Assembly: GCA_963772155.1 (NCBI GenBank)
Contig: CAVYVX010000016.1
Span: 8,469-72,468, forward strand
From: an uncultured Acidobacteriaceae bacterium
Lineage (GTDB): Bacteria; Acidobacteriota; Terriglobia; Terriglobales; Acidobacteriaceae
Direction of reading: 5' to 3'
DNA length: 64,000 nucleotides
Shown: in pieces, positions 52,467 to 62,101 of the stretch
How positions within the stretch are numbered: position 1 is the stretch's first letter
Layout of the letters: each line of letters opens with the position of its first letter
Position numbers and translations under genes: made by a program
The notes under the pieces: generated by a model
Seen by the model: only the letters and a program-made list of their open reading frames with translations
What the model was told of the DNA's origin: nothing
Databases searched by the model: none

Positions 52467-53251
52467 ATCTCAATTCCGAGAATACTCTTGAAAACGAAGC
52501 CTGTCAGCAAAGACAACACGAAGAACAACCAGATCCAGTTCCATGCAAAGCCGGCGAAAGCGATGTCGCGTGGGGGATACTGCACCTCGATTGCGTCGAT
52601 CATGCCATTCTCCGGCAGTGCGGGCTCCGCAGAGAGGAACATGCGCTTCCAAAACTGCTTTCGCAACCGAACGGGAGATAAGCGTGGCATGCCCAAGCCA
52701 ACCACTACATTTTTTGAGAAAATCTGACCGGAGGCTTCAATGGCGACCGGGTATTTTCCATTCCTGGAAGCCACAACTCTCCAGACCAGTTCGTTTTCTG
52801 AAGGCACGTGGACTGCCGGTGCAGTGGCCGCCAATCCCTCCGGCAACCGGAGCGTAATATCATTTAGCGTCTGCGGATCGGCCACACGCGCTTTCACCAG
52901 GAACGACTGCCCGGTTCGGATCGGCAACGATCCCAAGTAGCGATCGATCTGCACAATCAGAAACACCAGTGGAATAATCACACACAATAAAGGCTTGAAC
53001 GCCAAGCGCAGATAATCGCCGGTCGCCAGCAGGATGCGCCCGTACGAACGCAGCACAACGGGGATTTGGTCCTGAAAGAGTCGAAGCGCCAGCAGGTGTG
53101 CTTTCAGGCGGTCCTTCGCCAAGTGAATCGCGCGCTGGTCGGAAGTGTAGCGAAACACGACCACCATCGCCAGCCCGATCGCCAGGGAAATCAGGCACAC
53201 GACTACAGCCGGTAAGTTGATTGTCAGAAAGCTCATACGAGAATGCAGCAA
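52463..53251 (-). CDS. membrane protein of unknown function
   Basis: Hydrophobic helices at both ends. The stop overlaps the next start as ATGA (52463-52466). Confidence 0.5.
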   Translation of the reverse strand: MLHSRMSFLTINLPAVVVCLISLAIGLAMVVVFRYTSDQRAIHLAKDRLKAHLLALRLFQDQIPVVLRSYGRILLATGDYLRLAFKPLLCVIIPLVFLIVQIDRYLGSLPIRTGQSFLVKARVADPQTLNDITLRLPEGLAATAPAVHVPSENELVWRVVASRNGKYPVAIEASGQIFSKNVVVGLGMPRLSPVRLRKQFWKRMFLSAEPALPENGMIDAIEVQYPPRDIAFAGFAWNWIWLFFVLSLLTGFVFKSILGIEI

Positions 53252-53279
53252 AGCGAACCTGCGTTCGTACCCCGGTCAG

Positions 53280-53492
53280 CTACTCAATATACCCAAGTCC
53301 CTGGAGCCGCTTCTTAATGATTTCCTTCGAGGTTTTGCCACCTTCGCCAGGAGGCAGCACCTTGTCGACTTCCTTTTCGAGAGCATGCAGCACAAATTCG
53401 TCCACTGACGCGTAACCGCACGCTTCCGAACATTGCTTCACTTTGTCGAGCAATTCGCCTTCGATCTTTACCTTGTGAGAGCCGAACATCAA
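53280..53492 (-). CDS. small ribbon-helix-helix-like protein
   Basis: KVKIEGELLDKVKQCSEACGYASVDEFVLHALEKEV fits a strand-helix-helix pattern. Confidence 0.4.
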   Translation of the reverse strand: MMFGSHKVKIEGELLDKVKQCSEACGYASVDEFVLHALEKEVDKVLPPGEGGKTSKEIIKKRLQGLGYIE

Positions 53493-53516
53493 TCACCTCA
53501 ATCGCGGGCCAAACGA

Positions 53517-55511
53517 TCAGTGCGTCGTCCCGCTCGACTGAAACACTGAACGTCCAATCATACCCTCCGCTTTGCCGATTCCAAATTCCCCCAGAATCGT
53601 TGGCGCGATATCCGTTAGCGCCGGGGATTCGCTCGCAATCTTCCGGTTGCTCAGCAACACTCCAGGTACGAGGGTGTAGTCGATGCAATGATCGCCGCTC
53701 CACGGATTGGTGTTGTCTTCAATTTCATCGGCGGGAAAAGCGCCTAGGATCGTCTTCCACCCCGCGCGGTAACCGCGGTTGTACCCCACGAGCATGTCCG
53801 GACCGGATTGCGCGAACGGGCCTTGATAAGCGTCGCGGGCAAAATCCACGCGGGTGATTACCGGCAGATTTGTCTTTCCATCTCTTACTGCGAGCAACTT
53901 CCCTCGGATTTCCGCCATCAACCGATCGGCAATAGCTCCATGTTCGACAATTCCATTCCGCTCTCGCCCCCTTAGATTCAGATAAAGGCCATTGAGTCCA
54001 ATACCATAAGCACGCGTCTGGGTCCAATCGACGCCCGCAAAGGGCTCATTCGAATTCAAATTGGCATCAGCTTTCAATTTGATGTAGCCATTGTTCAGAA
54101 GCCACGTATTCAGATTGAACGAACGGTAGTAAGGTGCAAATCCGTGGTCGGACAAAACGAGCAAAGTTGTGTGGCTGTCCAGTTTAGGCAGCACTTCCCC
54201 GAGTACCTGATCCATCTGCTGGTAAAAATCCGAAATGGCCGATCCATTTTGGGCAGCAAGCGCAGGATCATATTCCGGATGCTTCGAGTCCATTAGCCGC
54301 CAGAACATGTGCGAGTTGAGATCGAGGCTCGAGAAATAGAAGAAGAAAACACCCTGTTTGAATTTGGGAAACTCAGCGTCAAAAATCCGGCGATGATCGG
54401 CCAGCACGGTCCGTGCCTGCTCCAGGTATTCGCCATCGTCGAGCACACCATCCATAAGAGCTTTCGTGTCTTCGGAGATCCCCAAAGTATGAAACTCCCC
54501 GGCTTCGTCCGACAGGAGGCCGGAGTAGTCCGCCGGAGTCGAAATCGGCAGCGCAGGATCGGCAGGATCAATGTTGATCGGCGAGACGTAGAGTTGGAAT
54601 CGGGGATGCGCTTGCTTGAGATAAAAGCGGCACATTCCTTTTACATGGCTGAAGAGAGGAATCAGTTGGAAGTCGACGCGGATCCAGTCGCTCCACTCCC
54701 CCTCCCGCAACACGAATTCCTGACCCTGCACTGCGATCTTAGCCACGGCCTCCAGAGGATCCACGGCGACCAGGAATGGCTCCGTCGCGGCAGAAGACCC
54801 TTTTCGAAGAGCATTGTCGGGACCGATAAGATTGGCCACCACGTGTGAGTTTTCAACCTGGACCGGGATGACCTGCCCGCCTTCCACTGCGCCAGCCGCG
54901 GCCGCTGGATCATCCGTATAAAAGGAAAATGTTCCGTAGGTTCCGCGCAAGTCCGGAGTGCCCATGCCCGACAGAGTTTTTCCTTTCGTCGGGACCGGAG
55001 GAAAATTCGAGGGGATCCGGAAAATCGTGTTCGGTACGCCGTGCTCATCCAAAATCTGCCAGAACGCGCGACCTTGCCGCAGTTGCTGGGCGCTGCCACC
55101 ACCCAGAGGGATCCGCCAGTTGCCGAGGTGGATCGCGTGCTTCGCGCCTTCGACCCGCGAGGCGGAAAAATATAGATTCAAGGTTTTCGGATCGCGATGA
55201 ATGAAATCAAAGATCCCGTGACCACCCGCATTCATACCAGTAATGAAATTCGACCATGCCACCGGACTCTGGGGCGGGATGCTGGTAGTAAGTTGGCGAA
55301 AATCTCCCTGCGCGGCCAGTTTGGCGAAATTGGGCATCTTGCCCTCGCCCATGAACTGCCGCAGCAGTTCCGGATCCATGCCGTCAATTCCCAGAATGAT
55401 GAGACGGTGATCGCTGCGCCATTCAACATGCGAGGATCGGCAAGACAGCAGCGTCACGGCCGTGACTGCCAAAAGCAACGAAGTCAAAAATACCCAAACG
55501 GTTTTTTTCAC
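53517..55511 (-). CDS. alkaline-phosphatase-superfamily enzyme, NPP type, secreted/lipoprotein
   Basis: Signal peptide with LLSC. LIILGIDGMDPEL..IPPQSPVAWSNFITGMNAGGHGIFDF..VLSDHGF..WSGDHC. Confidence 0.65.
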   Translation of the reverse strand: MKKTVWVFLTSLLLAVTAVTLLSCRSSHVEWRSDHRLIILGIDGMDPELLRQFMGEGKMPNFAKLAAQGDFRQLTTSIPPQSPVAWSNFITGMNAGGHGIFDFIHRDPKTLNLYFSASRVEGAKHAIHLGNWRIPLGGGSAQQLRQGRAFWQILDEHGVPNTIFRIPSNFPPVPTKGKTLSGMGTPDLRGTYGTFSFYTDDPAAAAGAVEGGQVIPVQVENSHVVANLIGPDNALRKGSSAATEPFLVAVDPLEAVAKIAVQGQEFVLREGEWSDWIRVDFQLIPLFSHVKGMCRFYLKQAHPRFQLYVSPINIDPADPALPISTPADYSGLLSDEAGEFHTLGISEDTKALMDGVLDDGEYLEQARTVLADHRRIFDAEFPKFKQGVFFFYFSSLDLNSHMFWRLMDSKHPEYDPALAAQNGSAISDFYQQMDQVLGEVLPKLDSHTTLLVLSDHGFAPYYRSFNLNTWLLNNGYIKLKADANLNSNEPFAGVDWTQTRAYGIGLNGLYLNLRGRERNGIVEHGAIADRLMAEIRGKLLAVRDGKTNLPVITRVDFARDAYQGPFAQSGPDMLVGYNRGYRAGWKTILGAFPADEIEDNTNPWSGDHCIDYTLVPGVLLSNRKIASESPALTDIAPTILGEFGIGKAEGMIGRSVFQSSGTTH

Positions 55512-55534
55512 GGACTCAATCTTCTGCAGCGCTC

Positions 55535-57313
55535 TTGCAGCGCTCGCTGCTTATGACATTTTCTTCGAACGTTGTTAGACTTCTATCCATGTTGCGGCAT
55601 CTATGCGCGTGGTCTTTTGTTGGAATTATAGCCCTGGTTATTTTTCCGGTCGACTCCTGGCCTGCGAGCAAACCAAACATTATTCTCATTACGGTTGACT
55701 CGATGCGGGCAGACCGAATGGGCTTTCTTGGCGCCCGTGAAAAATTGACTCCCAGATTGGATGAACTTGCACACGACGGGCTCGTTTTCGAGCGTGCCTA
55801 CGCGCAAGCACCCGACACAGTCGCTTCTTCCGCCACAATTCTCACCGGCGCTTATCCTCAGACGCATCGTGCCAGTCAATTCGGCGTTCCTCTCGCTCCC
55901 ACCCTGCCCTATCTCCCGGACTTGCTTCATGGCGCCGGATACCGCACCGCAGCATTCGTGGGATCGGTCCTGCTCGATCCCCGCGACGGACCGTTCCAGA
56001 GCTATGACCGCGGGTTCGATGAATATGAGGCCAACTTCCATCTGCCGCAGCGCGGCGAGAGCCGCTTCCACTCGGTTGCACTGCGCGACGCCCAGGTTAT
56101 CGAGCTTGCCACCAGGTGGTTGGCCGTCACCAAACAACGGCCATTTTTCCTTTGGGTGAATCTTCATCCTTCCGGTGAAATTTCCTACGATCGCGTCCTC
56201 TCCTCGGTCGATCTGGCCGTCGGGCGCCTGCTCGACTTTCTACGCACGCAGTCGCTGTACAACGACGCTCTGATCGTAGTCGCATCCAGCCATGGCCAGA
56301 GCCTCGGAGCACATGGCGAAGACACCCATGACATTTTCCTCTATGACGAAACAATCCACGTGCCGCTTATCTTAAAGCTGCCCGGAAACCAGATGGCCAG
56401 ACGGAAGGTCACAAACCGCGCTCGTCTGCTGGACGTTGCTCCCACCGTCCTCGAACTGGCAGGCGTTCCCGTTTCTTCCCAGATGCAGGGGCAATCGCTG
56501 CAGCGAATCGCTCAAACCAGTTCGCAAACGGATCAACCGGCTTACGCGCGCAGCGATCTGGCTCAGCAAGGCTTCGGAAGCAGCCAGCTCGAATCATGGC
56601 GGGCGGGAAAATATCTCTACATTCGTGCGCCCCAACCGGAACTGTACGATTTGTCATCCGATCCGAGTGCGAGCCACAATCTGGCGCAGAGTTCCAAGGC
56701 AACGCTCGAAACCATGGCCGCACAACTGCAAGCACTCGATGCCCGTCTCGCGAAGGAGCCTGGCAACTCGACTGCTTCCGCTCTCACTTCCAGCGAAATG
56801 CAGAAATTGGCTTCTCTGGGATACGTCGGATTGCAGAGTACCAATGGCGCTGTGAATGCCGCAACCGCGGGCACCGACCCCAAGAAGCTCATCGCCATGA
56901 TCGACAAAACGCTGCAAGCGCTGTCCGATGTGGACGACGGCAAGCCGGGAAACGCTATCGCCATCCTCCGACAGGTGCTCGCCTCACAACCGAACTCCTA
57001 TCTTGCGCAGTACGCCATGGGCGCGGCACTCGCCCAACAGCAGCAGTACACCGAAGCCATTGAACATCTGCACAAAGCCATCGTACTACAGCCAGACTCC
57101 GCATGGGCTAACCTTGCCATGGGTCTTGCTCTCATAAAGACTGGCGATTTCAAAACCGCTGCCGTGCATCTGGAAGTCGCATCGTCACATTTGCCGAGGC
57201 TTGCCATGCTGCACTCGAGGCTAGCCGACACCTACGAACATCTAGGACGTAACCAGGACGCGGCACGCGAACGCGTCCGGGCATCACAGACAGATAACAA
57301 GGCAAACCACTGA
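55535..57313 (+). CDS. sulfatase-fold (AP superfamily) domain plus C-terminal TPR repeats, no formylglycine motif
   Basis: IILITVDSMRADRMGF. APDTVASSATILTG stands where sulfatases have C/S-x-P-x-R. TPR-like C-terminus. The start may be the ATG at 55589. Confidence 0.65.
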   Translation: MQRSLLMTFSSNVVRLLSMLRHLCAWSFVGIIALVIFPVDSWPASKPNIILITVDSMRADRMGFLGAREKLTPRLDELAHDGLVFERAYAQAPDTVASSATILTGAYPQTHRASQFGVPLAPTLPYLPDLLHGAGYRTAAFVGSVLLDPRDGPFQSYDRGFDEYEANFHLPQRGESRFHSVALRDAQVIELATRWLAVTKQRPFFLWVNLHPSGEISYDRVLSSVDLAVGRLLDFLRTQSLYNDALIVVASSHGQSLGAHGEDTHDIFLYDETIHVPLILKLPGNQMARRKVTNRARLLDVAPTVLELAGVPVSSQMQGQSLQRIAQTSSQTDQPAYARSDLAQQGFGSSQLESWRAGKYLYIRAPQPELYDLSSDPSASHNLAQSSKATLETMAAQLQALDARLAKEPGNSTASALTSSEMQKLASLGYVGLQSTNGAVNAATAGTDPKKLIAMIDKTLQALSDVDDGKPGNAIAILRQVLASQPNSYLAQYAMGAALAQQQQYTEAIEHLHKAIVLQPDSAWANLAMGLALIKTGDFKTAAVHLEVASSHLPRLAMLHSRLADTYEHLGRNQDAARERVRASQTDNKANH

Positions 57314-57409
57314 CAAAAGTCTTCGGCTCCATAGTCAAACGGCGGAATCTGTCTCATCGAGCCGCCGCCGTTTGTGAGTTGATGCCATCCGTTGTGCTAG
57401 TCTGAGCAC

Positions 57410-59369
57410 GTGAAGCTTTGCCTCATTTTGATCCGCTTCGGTGTGCTGGGGATTCTGTGCGCCGCAAACCTGTTTGCCTCTGCCAAAACATCGCCGCCGG
57501 ACGTCTTCCTGATCACGATCGACACTCTCCGCGCCGACCATGTTCATTGCTATGGGTACGCCAACGTGCAAACACCCGCCTTGGACGGCCTCGCGAAAGA
57601 CGGCATCCGCTTCGCCGAGGCTTTCACACCCAGTCCCATCACCAACACATCGCACGCCAGCATTCTCACCGGCCTTCTGCCCGGCTCGCATGGCGTGACT
57701 GACTTCGCCGTGCCACTCGCTGCAACTCACGCCACGATTGCGGGGTTGCTCCAGGCACAGGGTTACCACACTGCGGCCTTCATTGGAGCGGTGATCCTCG
57801 ACAGCAAAGCCTTGGCGCCGGGGTTCGATCGAGGATTTGATTTCTACGATAACTTTCCGGAACATCCGCAGACGACCTCCCGCTGGGGACGGCTCGAACG
57901 CCGTGGCATGGATGTGGTGCAGCGCGCAGAACAGTGGTTGAACGGCCATCCTGCCGGCCCACATTTTGTCTGGGTTCATCTCTACGATCCGCATGATCCG
58001 TACGAACCGCCCGCGCCTTATTCCGAACTGTACAAGAATCGCCTCTACGACGGCGAAATCGCCTACGCCGATTCTGCTCTTGCGCACTTTATCGCTTATC
58101 TCAAGGAAACTGACCGATACAGCAGTTCGATTATCGTCACGGTTGGTGACCACGGCGAAGGTTTGGGAGAGCACCATGAAGATACTCATGGAATCTTCCT
58201 GTATGACTCGACCACCCACGTGCCACTGATCGTAAAGCTGCCCGGCGGACTCGAAGCCGGCACTACAGTTACGGCTCAGGTGCGTACCATCGACATTGTG
58301 CCGACGCTGTTGGATTTGGTGGGTATTACTGCTACTCAGACGGAGGATGGGGAGTCGTTGAGGACTTATTTTGCAGGTAAGGATGGGACCGGACGTTCCT
58401 GCCTTTGGGGAAACCGATTACCCGCTGCGCTTCGGATGGGCTCCGCTGCGCTCTGTGCGGAATGAAGGATTCAAGTTCATCGAAGCGCCACGCCCCGAAC
58501 TTTATGACTTGCAGTTCGATCCTGCAGAATCGAACGATAAGTACGACTCTCGCGACGCGCGCGTGAAGAAATCCCGTGCCATGTTGGCCGACCTGCGTGC
58601 AAGAGAGGCAATGGCGCAAAGTTCGAAGGCAGCGACTGCGGAAAGTGCCAGCACGGAACTGAATGCGTTGGGGTATCCGGATTCCACCGGCACGGAAAGC
58701 ACAGCAAAGACTCTTGATCCTTTGTCGCTGCCTGATCCCAAAGACAAGATTGAACAACAGAATCTTTTGCACGCGGCGATGATTGCCTCGGAAGACAATC
58801 GTCCCGAGGACGCGCGCAAGTCCCTGGAGAAAGTGCTCGCCCTCGATCCCAAGTCGCCGACTGCGCTCCGTCAAATCGGTGAAGTGGAATTCGCGACAGG
58901 AGACTACGCTCAGGCTGCACAACACTTGAAGAGAGCGGTGGAAGTCCGTCCGGGCGACGCGACTGCCTCGTTCTACGAGGGACAGGCGATGGAGAAGATG
59001 CACAATCTGGCGGGCGCTCGGGATGCGCTCGAAACCAGCCTGAAACTTATGCCGGAGCAGATTCCGGCACGTCTTCTGTTGGGTCAAGTGTGCCTGGGCT
59101 TGAAAGACCCGAAAGCCGCGGAAGATCAGTTCGAAGCGGCGTTGCTGCTCCAGTCGGACAATGTGGAAGCGCAACTCGGTTTGGCAAACGCGCAACTAGC
59201 CGAAGGCGGGTTCGCGGAAGCGGCTCAACTGCTGGAGGCCCTGTCGAAAGTGGAGGCACAAAACGCGGATGTCTTCGATCTGTTGGCGAAGGCTTATTCC
59301 GGCTTGGGCAAAACAGCGGAAGCTCAACGGGCAGCGGCAAAATTCCGGCAACTCCGCCCCAATAAATAG
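57410..59369 (+). pseudogene. sulfatase-fold plus TPR paralog, +1 frame break near 58386-58392
   Basis: ORF 57410-58465 ends in out-of-family sequence after YFAGK. ORF 58371-59369 resumes with PDVPAFGETDYPLRFGW..APRPELYDL and the TPR repeats. Confidence 0.65.
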
Positions 59370-59522
59370 TCACCGCCCAGAAACAATCCCAACAAGTGCT
59401 CGGATCAAATGATTTCCGCGATAGTACGCCCACAAATATATGGTTCTGCTGATCGTCCGCTCCTCGCATGCTTCTTCGTAACATACACGGCTGTGGATTG
59501 GCAGTACTTTTTCAGCAGCCTG

Positions 59523-61487
59523 CTAGCGGTTTGCGCCCTTTGTCAACTGCTCAACAATGGCTCGTTCTTGCGCCGCCAAGGTTTCGTCCCCGAGCTTTGC
59601 ATAGGCGCGAGCCAGGTATTCGTGCGGTTCCGGGGAGTCCGGTTTGGTCGCGCTTGCCGTCTTCAGGTACGGAATCGCGTTTGCAGCGTCGTTTTCGCCG
59701 AGGCTGATCTCGCCCAGCAGGAGATTTGCTTCGTAATGCTGCGGTTGGAGTTCGCGGGTATGCAATGCCATTTTCTTTGCGTCGGCAATTCGTCCGAAGT
59801 TTAAATAGAGATCGGCCAACGCATAGTTGACTTGTGCCGATTGTGGCAGTATCTCCGCGGCGCGCTCCATTTCCGGTACCGCCGCTTTGAGATCGCGCTT
59901 TAGAATGAGTGTCATGGCCAGTCGGAAGTGCCCTAGCCCTTGATCCGGGAACATCTCCACTTCTTTTCGCAAAGTCGCCAATGCGTTGTCGACATTGCCC
60001 GTGGCCAACCACGCTTGGGCTAAATCGTTGTAAGCGGCCCATAGTTTTGGATCCCGCGCGAGCACGGCTTGTATTTTTCGGAACGCTTCCGTGGGCCGTC
60101 CATCCCCCAAATCGACTCCCGCCTCGGCCAACTCATTGGCTACGGCCACCTTGTCTTTGGGATCGATATCCCCGATTGGCGAGATCGTGCTGTTGGTGGA
60201 TGCGACGTAGCCGAGAGCGTTGACTTGCTCCACTTGCTCGGGATCGAGATTCACGGAGCTTGTGCCGTGAGGGCTGCGCGTTTTCTCACGGAATGCCCTA
60301 ACCTGCGCCGCGAGCGTGCGAGCGACCGCCGGGGATGAAGGTGCGAGATCGTGCTGTTCCGCCGGGTCTTTGGATGTTTCGTACAATTCCGGCCGTGGCG
60401 CTTGCACGAACAAATACTTCCCCGTCCGCAGCGCACGCAACGCGCTCCAGCCATACGCTTCGCGGGGATAGTCGGTTTCGGCGTAAGCCGGCCGGTCGTC
60501 CCAGCCGCTTGCCTTCCCCGCCGTCTGCTTCATTAGCGGCAGCAGCGACCGCCCCTGAATACTACTTGGCCTGGCAACGCCAACAATCTCAAGGATGGTT
60601 GGCAGGACATCAACCAATTGGGCCTGCGCATCTACAATTGCGCCCGCCGATTGTTGGCGAGGCAATTTGAACAGCAATGGCACCCGGATCGTTGAGTCGT
60701 ACAAGAACAGCCCGTGGTAGAGCTCGCCGTGTTCGCCGAAGGCCTCACCATGGTCCGCCATGACCGCGATCAAGGTGTCGTCGAACAGTTTCGCCGCACG
60801 TAAGCGGTCGAAGAACCCGCCCAGGACCGAATCGACGTAGGCAATTTCGCCGTCGTATGGGTTCAGCCGGAAGCGCTCGGCAAAAGGCTGGGGCGGATCA
60901 TAGGGAGCGTGCGGATCGTAGAGATGAATCCATAGGAAGAACGGTTCATTGCCATTCTTCTCCACCCATTTTTCCGCACGGGCGACAACCTCGGCGGCCC
61001 GCCGCCGGTTGCTGGAATAGCGGTCTTCGCCCGGGCGAGTACTGTGGAAGCCGGCATTGTATTCGTCAAATCCGCGATCGAAGCCGAGCGCTATGCCGTT
61101 CCGGGCCTGCAGGATAATCGACCCGACAAAGGCGGCGGTGCGATATCCCGCGCCGCGCAGGATTGCAGGCGCGAAAGGCAGATTCTCAGGCACGGGGTGG
61201 GAAGGCATATTCACGTTGTGGAATTGCGGATAAGTGCCCGACAGGATAGTGGCATGGGACGGCGTAGTAAGCGGGGCCTGCGCGTAAGCGCGCGTGAAAA
61301 CGATTCCGTCGCGGGCCAGGGCGTCGAGATTGGGTGTGAGTTTTCGCTTCGATCCGAGAAACCCCATGCGGTCGGCGCGAGTCGTATCCAGCGTAATCAG
61401 GATGACATTGCTGTGCTCGGCTCCCGCCGAGGGCAGAGCCGTAGCCAGCAAAACTACAATTGCAAATAAACAACGATGGGCAAACAT
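59523..61487 (-). CDS. sulfatase-fold plus TPR protein (intact copy of the tandem duplication)
   Basis: Signal peptide. VILITLDTTRADRMGF. APLTTPSHATILSG. TPR C-terminus. Confidence 0.7.
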   Translation of the reverse strand: MFAHRCLFAIVVLLATALPSAGAEHSNVILITLDTTRADRMGFLGSKRKLTPNLDALARDGIVFTRAYAQAPLTTPSHATILSGTYPQFHNVNMPSHPVPENLPFAPAILRGAGYRTAAFVGSIILQARNGIALGFDRGFDEYNAGFHSTRPGEDRYSSNRRRAAEVVARAEKWVEKNGNEPFFLWIHLYDPHAPYDPPQPFAERFRLNPYDGEIAYVDSVLGGFFDRLRAAKLFDDTLIAVMADHGEAFGEHGELYHGLFLYDSTIRVPLLFKLPRQQSAGAIVDAQAQLVDVLPTILEIVGVARPSSIQGRSLLPLMKQTAGKASGWDDRPAYAETDYPREAYGWSALRALRTGKYLFVQAPRPELYETSKDPAEQHDLAPSSPAVARTLAAQVRAFREKTRSPHGTSSVNLDPEQVEQVNALGYVASTNSTISPIGDIDPKDKVAVANELAEAGVDLGDGRPTEAFRKIQAVLARDPKLWAAYNDLAQAWLATGNVDNALATLRKEVEMFPDQGLGHFRLAMTLILKRDLKAAVPEMERAAEILPQSAQVNYALADLYLNFGRIADAKKMALHTRELQPQHYEANLLLGEISLGENDAANAIPYLKTASATKPDSPEPHEYLARAYAKLGDETLAAQERAIVEQLTKGANR

Positions 61488-62101
61488 TAGCCGGAGTTTA
61501 GCATATAAACACGTATTCCCAGGTTTCGCGTTCGGCGTTTTCCGCCCAGAACTCTACCGCGAGTGGGCGACAGTGGACTTTATCATTGATCTGGAATTTC
61601 CTTTTTGGATTCCCAAACGGTGAGGGTTATACGCCCCGTTGCCTCCTTTCGCGTCAATCTGGCGCGGTTTCCCATCCCAGTCGGACCCCGTGGTCTCCGC
61701 AAGGCCCCCCGCCCCCGCTCCCCTCTCGCCCTCTCGCGCACACACTCTCGCTCCCGCCCCCACGTGGCCTGACCGCTTTTTTGTACCAAGCAGAAAGTTA
61801 GTGTAGCGCCGTTTTGACTTGGCAGAATCCGCAGCAGGGAAGCCTTGCGGAACACGACCTCGAGACCGGAAATAACCTGTCTCGCTAGAGGTGTGTCCAA
61901 GAAATCACTTTTCGACCTGCATGCCTTGCATGTTGGAGTCGGACTAAGACACAACCCCAATAGGTAGGGACCGAAACGGGTGAATTCCGAATACTCGGAC
62001 ACACTCCTGGAATATGCGGCAAACTCCATCATCAAGATATTAGTAGAGTAGGGGGGGCACCAAGCAACTCAACTCCAGGGTCACACCAACTGCAAAACGC
62101 T

